From contig CAVXTH010000002.1 in assembly GCA_963764625.1 (NCBI GenBank), positions 1 through 64,000 of the forward strand: DNA of 64,000 bases, written 5' to 3'. This document shows positions 9,721-19,857 of this stretch, in pieces. Within the stretch, counting starts at the first letter, position 1; every line of letters begins with the position of its first letter. Origin of the DNA: Candidatus Krumholzibacteriota bacterium (GTDB taxonomy: Bacteria; Krumholzibacteriota; Krumholzibacteriia; JAJRXK01). Under the pieces are notes generated by a model. The model ran no database searches. It had not been told where the DNA came from and saw nothing but the letters and a program-made list of their open reading frames with translations. Position numbers and translations under genes: made by a program.

Positions 9721-10320
9721 TCAGATGATCTTGCAGACCTCGTCGAACTCGAGCCGGGGCGCCCGTGGATGCAGCTTGGAGGCATCTCCATACCCGAGGT
9801 TCAACAGGAAATTCGACTTGTAGCGGCCATCGGGAAAGAATTCGGCGTCCACCTTGTCATTGTCGAAGCCCGACATGGGCCCGGCATCCAACCCCAGGGC
9901 CCGCGCCGCCAGAATGAGGTAGGCCCCCTGGAGCGACGAATTGCGGAAAGCGTGGATCCGGGTGGACTCCGCATTCTCCGGCTTGGCGAAGTGCTCGCCC
10001 GCCTTGGGATTGTGAGGAGACAATTTCGGCATGAGCTCGTGGAACCGACTGTCCTGGGCCACGATTGTGCATACGGGCGCCGCCATCGTCTTGTCCACGT
10101 TTCCGGGGCTCAGAGTCGGTCTCAGTCGCTCCTTCGCCTCCTTCGACTTCACGAAGACCACGCGCATCGGGCACATGTTGGACGAGGTCGGCCCCCACTT
10201 CGCCAGTTGATGGAGTTGGTGGAGTAGATCGTCACTGACCGGTCGGTCGAGCCATGCACGGTGGGTGCGCGCCTCGCGGAAAATGGTGTCCAGGCCTTCT
10301 GGAGTGAGTGGTGTTGCCAC
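9721..10320 (-). CDS. rutE: nitroreductase, malonic semialdehyde reductase RutE/YcdI-like
   Basis: [44 protein letters not shown] start with GGAG. Confidence 0.8.
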   Translation of the reverse strand: MATPLTPEGLDTIFREARTHRAWLDRPVSDDLLHQLHQLAKWGPTSSNMCPMRVVFVKSKEAKERLRPTLSPGNVDKTMAAPVCTIVAQDSRFHELMPKLSPHNPKAGEHFAKPENAESTRIHAFRNSSLQGAYLILAARALGLDAGPMSGFDNDKVDAEFFPDGRYKSNFLLNLGYGDASKLHPRAPRLEFDEVCKII

Positions 10321-10488
10321 GTCTCCTCCCCTCTCGAGAAAGGTCATGTAGATCGCGGGGGAAGCTCTCCACTCAATCTATCTGCTCAGAAGCGATACTG
10401 CACCCGCGTGCCCCAAGTCGTCTTTTCACCCTTCCACGGGGAGTCATCATACTTCATTCCGCTAGATGATCCAGCACAGCCCTGTTCC

Positions 10489-11073
10489 TCAGCACATGAG
10501 CCACGCCGCCAGCACCATCCCGAAGTCGGCCAAGAGGTGGGAGAGCATGGGCGCCAGCAGACTCTCTCGACGCCGTGCCATCATGTCCCAACATAGAGAA
10601 GCCGCCGTCAAAATCACAAAGCACAAGAGCAGCCCAGGAGCCTTGAGCAGGGAAATCAGTACAAGCATGTGGTAACCCGCGAACGCCCCATGAGCCCAGG
10701 GGGTGGTTCGGCGCAGAGGGTCCCAGTGCAGTTGCTCCAAGACCGGATGAACAAGCCCGTAGTAGGGGATCATCAAAAGGAAGGGAAGTCCCGCCAGATG
10801 GTGCGCGGCCAGCCAGCCGGAGAGGCTTACTTTGAGGAAGAACGGCAGGACGAAGTAGGTCAGAGGTCCGGTCGCAACCGTCGGCAACGCCACCAGGAGT
10901 TGCCACTTCGAGATGGGTTTCCAGGGGCTTGCTCCCTCCCTACGCATCCAGAACAGAATCTGCGCGTGATAGGCCGCGATGGTGAGCCAGGCGTTCGACA
11001 GGCCGATCCAGAACACCAGCACCGCGACATACGGCGCGAGAAGTCTGAGGAGGAGTTCTCTTCTGTTCAGCAT
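10489..11073 (-). CDS. membrane protein, CPBP/Abi-like
   Basis: Multiple TM helices with LEQLHW, FAGYH and SHLLAD motifs. Confidence 0.55.
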   Translation of the reverse strand: MLNRRELLLRLLAPYVAVLVFWIGLSNAWLTIAAYHAQILFWMRREGASPWKPISKWQLLVALPTVATGPLTYFVLPFFLKVSLSGWLAAHHLAGLPFLLMIPYYGLVHPVLEQLHWDPLRRTTPWAHGAFAGYHMLVLISLLKAPGLLLCFVILTAASLCWDMMARRRESLLAPMLSHLLADFGMVLAAWLMC

Positions 11074-11132
11074 GGAGAGCGGTCGTGCAGTTCAAGTCTT
11101 ACGGGATGATCCAGGTGAGCCGACAGCAGTTT

Positions 11133-12047
11133 TCACTCTCCCAGACACTGCTTGATACCTTGCTCATAAGGCGTTGCCTTCAATCCGAAGGCGGCTTCGA
11201 TCTTACCACTATCGAAGCGATAGTCATGCTCGAATTGATACATCATCTCGTCGTTTTCGCGAAGAATGGGGACGAAGAGCCCCATGAGCCTCAACATCCA
11301 TCGGGGAGCAACTTGCAGTTTGAAAGGCCGTCCCGCGAGCTCACAGGCCATTCGGACGAAACCCTCCCCCGTCAGCGGTTCCTTGCTGGTTGGTACGTGC
11401 CAGGTTTGGCCATAGGCTTCGCTCGATCGACCCAGCACGGCCGTTGCCCGGCCGGCGTCGGGGGTGTAACTGAAGGTGTGGACTTTGCTTCCCTTCCCAA
11501 CCCACTGCGGCGTCTTGTTCGCCCGTAACTTTTCGAACACAGTGGAATGGGTCAAACTCAAGAGGGCGCCGGGGCCGTAGAAGTCGGCCGCGCGCACGAT
11601 CATGGCCTTCAGGTTGCCGGCCTTCATCTCGCCGAGCAAGGTCGTGGCGATCTGGGCGCGCACCTCCCCCTTCTTGCTGGAGGGGTTGAAGGGGGTCTCC
11701 TCGGTCATCACACCTTCGACCAGGCCGTAGGCGTAGACGTTGTCAAAGAACACCAAGCGGGTACGGTGCCGCTTGCAGGCGTCGATCACGTTGCGCATCA
11801 CCTTCGGCCACTGCTCGCGCCAGACCTTCGTGCTGTACTGGAGTCCCGCCACCAGATAGGCAACTTCACAGCCTTCTACGGCGCGGGCAGTCGCCCCCGC
11901 ATCGAGGAGGTCGGCGGAGAGCGTCTCGTCGCTGGGGAGGACCTTGCGCGGGTGCCGGCTGACCTGCCGGATCCTGGCACCAGATTCGGCGAGTGACCGC
12001 GAAAGCCCCTGTGCAATGACGCCGTTGGCGCCGAGAATCGTGTGCAC
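11133..12047 (-). CDS. NAD-dependent epimerase/dehydratase family protein
   Basis: ILGANGVIA Rossmann motif, FFDNVYAYG, RAADFYGP. Confidence 0.85.
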   Translation of the reverse strand: MHTILGANGVIAQGLSRSLAESGARIRQVSRHPRKVLPSDETLSADLLDAGATARAVEGCEVAYLVAGLQYSTKVWREQWPKVMRNVIDACKRHRTRLVFFDNVYAYGLVEGVMTEETPFNPSSKKGEVRAQIATTLLGEMKAGNLKAMIVRAADFYGPGALLSLTHSTVFEKLRANKTPQWVGKGSKVHTFSYTPDAGRATAVLGRSSEAYGQTWHVPTSKEPLTGEGFVRMACELAGRPFKLQVAPRWMLRLMGLFVPILRENDEMMYQFEHDYRFDSGKIEAAFGLKATPYEQGIKQCLGE

Positions 12048-12070
12048 TGTTCCTTCCCCTTTCCGGATGC

Positions 12071-12460
12071 TCAGCCGAGCCATCGTGAGACTCGTGAGCT
12101 CTTACTCTGCTCTGAAGACATCTTTCGCGGTGACGGAATAGCCCGCACCCTCGCGATCTCAGTGAGGCCATACTGAATCTGATCGCGGTGATTCTGGATG
12201 TCGCGCTGATAGGCTTTCCGGTAGGTTTTGTCGCGCACCGACAGTGTCTGGGAATCGAACGATACGAATTCCGCCTCGAAGGACTCGCCATCCATGGTCC
12301 AGACTTCAATGCGCTGGCCGGGTTGAAAGAAAGAGAGAACTTCCGGAAGCCGCTCGGGATTTGTAGTCTCCGTGTCGGTCTCCATGAGCGGCGGCCCGCT
12401 CGACGCGCACCCCATTGCCGTCAGAGTTCCGATCAGGATCCACGAGACCAGATGCCGCAT
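12071..12460 (-). CDS. hypothetical lipoprotein
   Basis: MRHLVSWILIGTLTAMGC lipobox-like start. Confidence 0.55.
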   Translation of the reverse strand: MRHLVSWILIGTLTAMGCASSGPPLMETDTETTNPERLPEVLSFFQPGQRIEVWTMDGESFEAEFVSFDSQTLSVRDKTYRKAYQRDIQNHRDQIQYGLTEIARVRAIPSPRKMSSEQSKSSRVSRWLG

Positions 12461-12476
12461 GATCACCCCTTCCGGT

Positions 12477-13088
12477 TCATCTCGATTCGCGCTGTTTGGG
12501 CGACCGCTTCCGGGACAAGTACTGCGGGATTCTCTCCCCATTGGTCGAGCAGTCGATCAACTGCTCCAGGCGACGCAGCCGAGTCTCCTCCCTCTTGGCG
12601 CTGACGATCCACCAACTCACCGCCTTGCGATAGGAAGGTGGCTGCGCCTGAAAGAACTCCCACGCCCTCTTCTTTCGCTTCAATTTACTCGCATAAGGCT
12701 CTTCTAGTTGCGGCTTGCGCTGTTCGTAGGAGTAGATGCCCGACTTGTTTTCCTTGCGAAGCTTGTAAGCGGCCCGGCCGGACGGTTGCATCCGTCCTTC
12801 CTCGATCAGCGCCTGAGCGCGTGTGATGTTCACCTTGCTCCAAGTACTGTCGGGCTTGCGCGGAGTGAAGCGAATTGTATAGCTGCGATCGTCGATCCGT
12901 TTGCGGATGCTATCGATCCAGCCGAAACAGAGCGCTTCGTCCACCGACTGCGGCCAGGTGATGGAGGGCTCCCCGGAGTCTTTCTTGTAAAACCCGACGA
13001 GCAATTCACTCTCGGTGGCGTGATTCTTCTCGAGCCAGGCGCGGAACCGAGCAGGCGTACGAAAGAACCTGGGCTTGCTGCCGCTCAT
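12477..13088 (-). CDS. YdeI/OmpD-associated family protein
   Basis: FRAWLEKNH, EALCFGWIDS, FTPRK, SAKREETRLRRL. Confidence 0.9.
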   Translation of the reverse strand: MSGSKPRFFRTPARFRAWLEKNHATESELLVGFYKKDSGEPSITWPQSVDEALCFGWIDSIRKRIDDRSYTIRFTPRKPDSTWSKVNITRAQALIEEGRMQPSGRAAYKLRKENKSGIYSYEQRKPQLEEPYASKLKRKKRAWEFFQAQPPSYRKAVSWWIVSAKREETRLRRLEQLIDCSTNGERIPQYLSRKRSPKQRESR

Positions 13089-13123
13089 CCTGTTCCCCAC
13101 CGCGACTGGGGGTGAATTTTCTC

Positions 13124-14083
13124 TCAGCCCGCGGGCTCGAGGGGAATCTGATCCTTGTTCTGCGCTAGCCACTCCTTGAAGCTCTGCAGCTCGGGGTTGA
13201 GGCCTCTGGCTACATCCACCCTGCGCGCGCCACAGAACTCCTGGTTGAAGTCGCGCTTGTACTGATACATATTGCCCATCTCATCCGCGCCCGGGAATCC
13301 AAAGCTGCGATAGGTGTCGGCGGGCACCGCGTTGTACCGCACTTCCTTTCCCAGTGCTTCGGTGAACGCTGCCGCCATCTGCTTACCGGTCAGATGCTCC
13401 CCTGCGATCCCGACCGTCTTGCCAACATATGAGGTGCCTTCCCGGAAAATCCCGTAGGCGGCTCTGCCGATGTCTCCGACCGCCATGCTCGGCAGCTTTG
13501 CGTCCCCCATCGGCATGGTCAGCGCGAGCACGCCGTCCGGCCCCGGCTGAGGACCCGCACCAAAGTGAATGAAATTTTCCCAGTAGAAGGACGTCAGCAA
13601 GAGCGTCGTCGGCACGCCTTCGCCCTTGAAGAACTGGTCGGCTTCGCCTTTGGCATCGAAATGCGGCACGTTGTACTTGTCCTGCAGGACTGGCATGCGA
13701 TCGTCGCTGATGGGAAGCAGCTTTCGGGTATCCTCGAGGGTGGACCAGATCACGTGCTTCAAGCCCGCCGCCTTGGCGGCCTTGGCCAGGTTTGCGGCCT
13801 GTTCCTTTTCCTTCTCCGCCGAGAAGTGTTCCCAGAAATTCGTCACGCAGAATGCTCCGTAGCAGCCGGCGAACGCTTTCTTCAAGCTCTCCACGTCGTC
13901 AAGATCGGCTTGGACGACTTCAGCGCCCTGCTGGGCCAGCTTTTGAGCCTTTTCGGATGTGGGCTTACGCGTGAGAGCGCGGGCGGAAAAGGGGCTTTCC
14001 GAATCGTTCAGGATGGCTTGGACGAGGCCGCCACCCTGGGCTCCAGTGGCCCCGACGACGGCGATGATCTTCTTTGCAGCCAT
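13124..14083 (-). CDS. NmrA/HSCARG family protein
   Basis: VVGATGAQGG, VTNFWE, PHFDAK. Confidence 0.9.
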   Translation of the reverse strand: MAAKKIIAVVGATGAQGGGLVQAILNDSESPFSARALTRKPTSEKAQKLAQQGAEVVQADLDDVESLKKAFAGCYGAFCVTNFWEHFSAEKEKEQAANLAKAAKAAGLKHVIWSTLEDTRKLLPISDDRMPVLQDKYNVPHFDAKGEADQFFKGEGVPTTLLLTSFYWENFIHFGAGPQPGPDGVLALTMPMGDAKLPSMAVGDIGRAAYGIFREGTSYVGKTVGIAGEHLTGKQMAAAFTEALGKEVRYNAVPADTYRSFGFPGADEMGNMYQYKRDFNQEFCGARRVDVARGLNPELQSFKEWLAQNKDQIPLEPAG

Positions 14084-14193
14084 GGGATCCTCCTAATTTC
14101 GGGGGTTGGAGAGACCCACGAAATCTAAGGGAATCCGATCCGGCTCGCAGCCCCCTCGACGGGGGCTCGATGGAGCGGGAGACTGGTAGCCCC

Positions 14194-14638
14194 TCAGCGA
14201 TTTTCCTTCAGAAGTCTCTTGATCCGGCCTTCCAACTTTCTCTCCCAGTTGCGGTTATAGCCGTAACCGTTACGGCAATCCACGACACGACCGTTTCGAT
14301 CGATCAAGATCTCCACCGGTAAGCCCTGGACATCGTCGATCCTCGGCAGAGTCTCGGAGAACGAATCCGTCGAACCCATCCTCTGCATAATGAGTCTGGA
14401 GACGATTGAGCGCGGGGATCTCGCTCACGCAAGGAGGGCACCAGGGACCCCAGAGGGTGACCAGAAGCACCTCCTTCTCGAATCGCCCATCCGACGAACT
14501 GACGATCTCGTCTTGTAGATTGGGCAGTTTGAAGTCGAGCTGATTCCCTGTGACGCGGGGCTGCTTCGCGGCAGCCAGCGCGGCCCAGAGTACGAGAGAA
14601 AGCGCGATGATTCCGGCGTTGAACGTACGCGTGCTCAC
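14194..14638 (-). pseudogene. TlpA/redoxin disulfide reductase with internal deletion and frameshift
   Basis: Signal peptide and LWGPWCPPC in one frame. GLPVEILIDRNG C-terminus is in another frame, and the middle is missing. Confidence 0.7.
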
Positions 14639-14715
14639 GTGGGCTCCCCCCTGGCCTGGATGTAGGGCATGATCAGCTACTACGGCCGCAGTGTGCTGGA
14701 GGTTGCCCTGTTAAA

Positions 14716-15900
14716 CTAGGGAGTATCAACGGAGCTTGGAGGTGGACTCTCGCCGAGCCCTCGCACGCGCCAGTGGACCAGATGGTGACCTTCGTCGGTC
14801 GACTGGACTCCCCAGATGTTGCTTCCGACGATGCCCGCTTCCGAGACTTTCGTAAAATCGGGAAGCTCGACTGTTCCCAAGAATTCCCCTTTGGCGGAAA
14901 ACACATCAAAGACCGTCGGTTCACGCCAGGAGGCGAGTGGCCGTTCATCGCCCGGCTCGCGAGGGGGAGCATGGGTATCGATGGCCTCCACGTAACGATT
15001 CACCCAGATGCGCCCATCGGGGTCGGCATAGAGTGCCCGGTACGCTGGCTTCTGCTCGGGAATGGCATAGTCCTTCTTTTCCGGCCAGTTCTCGTTGAAA
15101 TAGTCCGCCCACGCCTTCCACTGGGACCGTTCGTCGCGTCCGAGTCTTACTGGTGGAGTATCCCATGAGACGTGAATTGCGTCCGGTCCAGAGCCAAGTG
15201 TGAAGGAGTACTCGTCGTTACGGCCGCTCACGAGATACCCCAGGGGGCTGTAAGTCGAGCAGGTCTCGATCACGAAATTCCGGCGGGAACCCTCAGGAAA
15301 CTGGATCGCCATGAGTTCGGATGAAGCATTTTCTTTGGGAATCGCAACGCGTCCGACGCTCTTTCCTGTCTGATCGAACTTGATCCAGGCGAAGCTCCAT
15401 TCTTGGTTGGGCTCCGGCTTGCCCTCGGTCGCTTTCATGTAGAGGAACCCATCGTCGTCGTACTCCAACATCCGAGGACCATGGAAAGTGATCTGGGTGT
15501 CGAAGTCTCGAAGATACTTTCGGCTCTCGATGTCGAAGATGGTGATCCGAGCGGGAGAACTGAGCACCACGAGCTGACTATCCGGCAACCCTCTCATCCC
15601 ATAAACCTGCCGGTACTCGCCCGGTCCCTCTCCTTGACGCCCAAATTCCCCCACGTACACCCCGGACGAATCGTACTCGCGGATCTGTTCGAGTTGCCAA
15701 TCAACGGCAATGACTCCACCATTTCGCAAGGCCACTACGTATGAAATCTGACCGATAGTGTATTCTGGGGCGCCGTTCAGCGCTCCGACCCGGGCGATCT
15801 CCTCGAGTTCGACGCCGGCCAGGGCGTTCGTTGTGAATACCACGAACATCGCCAACCCGAGTGGCAACAATCTCACTTGCACTCCTATTTCTGTGACCAA
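14716..15900 (-). CDS. secreted 6-bladed beta-propeller protein
   Basis: Signal peptide, FGRQGEGPGEY, DPDGRIWV, FDVFSAKGEFLG. Confidence 0.75.
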   Translation of the reverse strand: MVTEIGVQVRLLPLGLAMFVVFTTNALAGVELEEIARVGALNGAPEYTIGQISYVVALRNGGVIAVDWQLEQIREYDSSGVYVGEFGRQGEGPGEYRQVYGMRGLPDSQLVVLSSPARITIFDIESRKYLRDFDTQITFHGPRMLEYDDDGFLYMKATEGKPEPNQEWSFAWIKFDQTGKSVGRVAIPKENASSELMAIQFPEGSRRNFVIETCSTYSPLGYLVSGRNDEYSFTLGSGPDAIHVSWDTPPVRLGRDERSQWKAWADYFNENWPEKKDYAIPEQKPAYRALYADPDGRIWVNRYVEAIDTHAPPREPGDERPLASWREPTVFDVFSAKGEFLGTVELPDFTKVSEAGIVGSNIWGVQSTDEGHHLVHWRVRGLGESPPPSSVDTP

Positions 15901-15928
15901 TCAGCTTCCTGGATGGACAGGATATGCT

Positions 15929-16372
15929 CTATTGCAGTTCCCGAGCGAGACGTCTCGCTTCGGTCTCCGAGAAATCTGCCGTGATCACCGCCCGGCCACT
16001 TCGGATGGGGTCGAGAATGCGCGGCGAGGAGACGAGCTTGCCATTCAAGATGACTCCGCATCGCTTACCCACGTTTTGTTCGGTGACCTCCGCCAGCCTA
16101 TGCGCTCCCGCGGGAGTGAGCCGGACTGCGATTCCGGTCTGTCCCTCCAGCGTGACGACCGCCGCGGAGTCGACGTCGGCTTCGCTCACGAAGACTTCTT
16201 GATGGAGATACAGATGAGTTCCCGAGGGTTCGGAGACGAATTCCGTCAGATCAGGACCTGGTGCTTCTTCCGCAATTCGAAATTCCAGTGTCACTGGCTT
16301 CAGGTGCGAACATCCGAACATGGCAAACAGGGCGAATGCGAACGCCAGGATGCGCAGTTTCAGGATCATCAC
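15929..16372 (-). CDS. lipoprotein with SecD/SecF head-subdomain-like fold
   Basis: MFGC lipobox, LEFR, LTPAGA...VGKRCGVILNGKLVSSPRI, FSETEARRLA. Confidence 0.7.
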   Translation of the reverse strand: MMILKLRILAFAFALFAMFGCSHLKPVTLEFRIAEEAPGPDLTEFVSEPSGTHLYLHQEVFVSEADVDSAAVVTLEGQTGIAVRLTPAGAHRLAEVTEQNVGKRCGVILNGKLVSSPRILDPIRSGRAVITADFSETEARRLARELQ

Positions 16373-16396
16373 CTCGGATCTTGCGCCGAAACGAGT

Positions 16397-16621
16397 TCAG
16401 GCCTCTGACGAGGGCCCCTTCGATTTCCCGCAGGTCGAAATCCCCAAGGGGAGATAGCCGGGACAAGAGCCCATGAGACTGGTGATCAGGAAAACCGCGG
16501 CCACGATCAAGAGCACGATGCCCAACGCGCCGTGGACTCTACCAGTGAAGTACAGCAGCGCCACGCACAGCGCGATGAGAATGCGAATGATACGATCGGT
16601 GGAACCCATGTTCTTCGTCAT
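16397..16621 (-). CDS. DUF2892 (YgaP-like) membrane protein
   Basis: NMGSTDRIIR, two TM helices, CPGYLPLGISTC. Confidence 0.85.
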   Translation of the reverse strand: MTKNMGSTDRIIRILIALCVALLYFTGRVHGALGIVLLIVAAVFLITSLMGSCPGYLPLGISTCGKSKGPSSEA

Positions 16622-17036
16622 CGAGATCCCCTCCAAGATGAGAGCATCGACTCGAGCCTGTAGGGAGTATGGCACGAGCGGGATTCGGCGCCAACCACGC
16701 CAATTTCAGCGGCTGCATCCTCACGAGAAGCACTTGCCGTCGCCGACAGGGCCGAAAGCGCCGCCAGAATCATGAGTCTCTTCACGATGGACCGTCGAGC
16801 GGAATGACGGGCGGCCCCTCTCCAAGGCGCACCACGAGTAGACGATTCCGCGTGGTGCCAGGGTTGACTTCTCGATGGGGTGTTCCGGGAGGAATGATGT
16901 GCAGCGAGCCGTCCGCGCCCGCCTCCAGCCGTTGATTCCCTCCTGGTCCGAATTCGACGACAGCCTCTCCCTCGAGTCAGTGTCACGGTGCGAATGGTCT
17001 GCTTCATCTCGGACATGATTCGGTTCTCCCGGGTTC

Positions 17037-17972
17037 TCAACGCGCTGCATAGAGGCCCGTCGAAAGATACTTGAGTCCGCTATCGCATGCGAGTGTCGCG
17101 ACCGTATGCCCCGACCCGAGTTCGGCAGCGACTCTCAACGCCACCACGACATTCGCCCCGGTGGATGTTCCCGCGAAGATGGCTTCTTCTCTTGCGAGAA
17201 GTCTGGCCATCTCCTGGGCCACGGAAGTCGAAACCTGAGAGATTTCGTCCATGAGCTCAGGCTTCCACAGAGGCGGCACGAATCCGGGCCCCACGCCCTC
17301 GATCTCGTGCGAACCGGAAGCACCACCGGAGAGTACCGGCGACTCGGCCGGCTCCACCGCGGTAATGCGAATCTTAGGGTTCTTTTCACGCAGGATACCG
17401 GCCACGCCAGTGATGCACTGCGCGGTGCCCACCGACTGGACGAAAGCGTCCAGGCGATGACTCGACTGTTCCCAGATCTCTTCGGCCATCGGCGCGTAGC
17501 CGTCGGCCGCATCGGGATTGTTGAATTGGTCGGCGGCGAAAGTATTCGGCGCCGCGCTAATCGCGGCTGTCCTGGCGATCATGCGCCGGATGAGTTCCTT
17601 GGTCGTGTGGCCGCCGTCACTCTCGAGCTCGATCACCTCGGCCCCAAGCGCGCGCATGTGATCGCGCTTCTCCCGGCTGAAAGCATCGGAGGTGACGAGA
17701 GTGATGGGGTAGCCCATCGCTGCACAGACAAAGGCCAGCGAAGTTCCCGTGCTGCCTCCGGTGTACTCGACTACCGTTCCCCCTTTCGACAGCTCTCCGC
17801 GCGCGATCGCTCCTTCGATCACGGCACGTGCCATCCGGTCTTTCATGCTTCCCGTGGGATTCTGGCTCTCGAGCTTCACCAAAATGCGGGCGGATCCGCT
17901 GGGAACCACGTTCAGCAGCTCGACGAGCGGGGTTTGACCGATGGAGTCGAGAACGTGACGGCGATGTGTCAT
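17037..17972 (-). CDS. PLP-dependent cysteine synthase family protein
   Basis: IGQTPLVEL, KLESQNPTGSMKDR, HEIEGVG, DSGLKYLS. Confidence 0.9.
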   Translation of the reverse strand: MTHRRHVLDSIGQTPLVELLNVVPSGSARILVKLESQNPTGSMKDRMARAVIEGAIARGELSKGGTVVEYTGGSTGTSLAFVCAAMGYPITLVTSDAFSREKRDHMRALGAEVIELESDGGHTTKELIRRMIARTAAISAAPNTFAADQFNNPDAADGYAPMAEEIWEQSSHRLDAFVQSVGTAQCITGVAGILREKNPKIRITAVEPAESPVLSGGASGSHEIEGVGPGFVPPLWKPELMDEISQVSTSVAQEMARLLAREEAIFAGTSTGANVVVALRVAAELGSGHTVATLACDSGLKYLSTGLYAAR

Positions 17973-17995
17973 GATGGATGCCTTCTCGGGATCAG

Positions 17996-18733
17996 CTAGT
18001 TCTTCTGCTTCTGTGGGGCCGGCATACGCCGGGGAACGAAGGTCGGCGTGAACTTGGAGAGTTCGTGGATGCCGAGTTCGCGCTCGATTGCCGCAACCCG
18101 GTCTACGATTTTGAAGAAGCCCTCATTTCCAAAGAGCTCATCCTCTTTGCGTTCAAAGTCCTCGCCGAGCGATTCGAACTCCTCCTCACTGACTACACTG
18201 CGGAACGCCGGGAACAATACGGTATCCTCGCGAGCCTCGTGCGGTCGGTACATGCGGATGAATTGCCTCAGGGAATCCTTTAGCTCACGCTGATCGTCTC
18301 CGCTCTCGAGCCCGTTGTGTGTCGCCAAGCGAATTGTAGTGTCCGTCAGGCGCCTACCGGCCTGGTGCTGTTCCAGGAGCACGTCGACCAGATCAACGAG
18401 CTTGTTGGCCTTCTTGATTCGCGGGAAGACATACTTTTCCTCCAATTTCTCGTGATAGTCCTCCACGAACTCACGCACGAGTTGGGCCGACGCCCGCAGG
18501 GGCTCGGGGGGCATTTCTTCCCCGGCGTCCATCCGTCGCAGTGCCTCTTCGTAGATCAGGAGAATTCGATTCAGCACGCCGTGCTCGCGCATCAGATCTT
18601 CCGGGGGAGAGATTCCCTCGGCCAAGTCGCTCTTCTCGTCATCAGCCCAGACGGGACGGCTCAGGACTGAAGCGGCGAGCAGCATGCCCCCACGGGCGAG
18701 AAGCTTTCTGCGGCTGAGTTGAGTTTCCTTCAC
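17996..18733 (-). CDS. hemerythrin (HHE) domain protein with Tat signal
   Basis: SRRKLL Tat motif, LMREHG, YHEKLEE, EQHQAGR, HEAREDTVLFP. Confidence 0.85.
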   Translation of the reverse strand: MKETQLSRRKLLARGGMLLAASVLSRPVWADDEKSDLAEGISPPEDLMREHGVLNRILLIYEEALRRMDAGEEMPPEPLRASAQLVREFVEDYHEKLEEKYVFPRIKKANKLVDLVDVLLEQHQAGRRLTDTTIRLATHNGLESGDDQRELKDSLRQFIRMYRPHEAREDTVLFPAFRSVVSEEEFESLGEDFERKEDELFGNEGFFKIVDRVAAIERELGIHELSKFTPTFVPRRMPAPQKQKN

Positions 18734-18831
18734 TTCGACTCCCCTTTCTGGTTCGCTGATAGTTCAAGCAGACCAAAGTCACTGCCATGCATCGCGGCGC
18801 ACCGGGGATAAGGAAACGGTAGCACCTGGTG

Positions 18832-19842
18832 TCAGATTGATTCCCTTCCGGAAGTCTCGTCCTCGTTTTCACATTCGGTGATGAACGGACGCGGTGCCCG
18901 TACGACCTGAAGATGAAATACGTCCGGTCGCGCGTAGTGCCCCGCGGTATCAAGCTGCCAGCGTGGCCCGACGAGCTGTTCCGCCGTACCATCGGCGTAG
19001 AGGATTCCCTCCTCCGAATCCAGCGGGCCTGCGATGATCTTCCCGTCAGGATCGACGATCACACTCATTCCGGGATTGATCCAGCCCTCAAGCTTCGAGA
19101 GATACTCGCCCTTGAACTCGAACTCGTCGGGAATGTCGTTCATGTGAAACGCCTGGCAAACCCCGATCACGAAGCAACGCCCCTCCTTGGCGGAGTGTCG
19201 CATGGTCGAGATCCAGGGTTCTCCGCGGTCCCAGGTGAGCGCCACGTGGACTTGTTCTCCCCACGCACTCAACGCGTACCTGGCGAGCGGCATGTAGTTC
19301 TCCCAACACAAGAGCCCTCCCACCCGGGCAAACGGCAGATCGAACACCTCGAGGTCACAGCCCGGGGCTTGCGCCCACACCAGCCGTTCTCCCGCGGTTG
19401 GGATTAACTTACGGTGTTTCCCGAGAACGGTTCCATCGGCACCGAGGTAGAGCAGGGTGTTGTAGAGCGTCGAGTCGCTCGCCTCGGAATTTCTCTCGTT
19501 CACCCCCATCGCAACCGTCACCTTCAAGTCGCCCGCTGCCTGCGCCAGTCGCTGCACCTCGGGGCCTGGAATCGCGACCGAATTGGCGTGAAGCCTCGCG
19601 TAGAGGGCGCGCAGGGGGTGCGTGTGGCCGGGTGGGATGAACCACGCCCACACGGGATAGCCGGGAAGAAACGCCTCGGGGAAGACGATGAAATCCGCTC
19701 CACCGCTTGCCGCTTCTTCGATCAAGCGACAGGCCTTCTCGACCGTCCGTTGCAAGTCAAGGAACACTGAAGCGGCCTGTACTGCCGCCAATTTGAATTT
19801 CTTAGTCGTACTCAAGAGGTCCCTCAGCCGGTTGCGAGTCAC
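18832..19842 (-). CDS. nitrilase (carbon-nitrogen hydrolase)
   Basis: E-K-C triad in FPEAF, HRKLIPT and LCWEN, plus GHYARPDVF. Confidence 0.9.
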   Translation of the reverse strand: MTRNRLRDLLSTTKKFKLAAVQAASVFLDLQRTVEKACRLIEEAASGGADFIVFPEAFLPGYPVWAWFIPPGHTHPLRALYARLHANSVAIPGPEVQRLAQAAGDLKVTVAMGVNERNSEASDSTLYNTLLYLGADGTVLGKHRKLIPTAGERLVWAQAPGCDLEVFDLPFARVGGLLCWENYMPLARYALSAWGEQVHVALTWDRGEPWISTMRHSAKEGRCFVIGVCQAFHMNDIPDEFEFKGEYLSKLEGWINPGMSVIVDPDGKIIAGPLDSEEGILYADGTAEQLVGPRWQLDTAGHYARPDVFHLQVVRAPRPFITECENEDETSGRESI

Positions 19843-19857
19843 TCGATGTCTACGAAC

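Noticed and set aside
16618-17040. ORF with signal-like VKRLMILAALSALSA segment
   Set aside because: The composition is low-complexity and Arg-rich with no recognisable domain. At most it is a gene relic.
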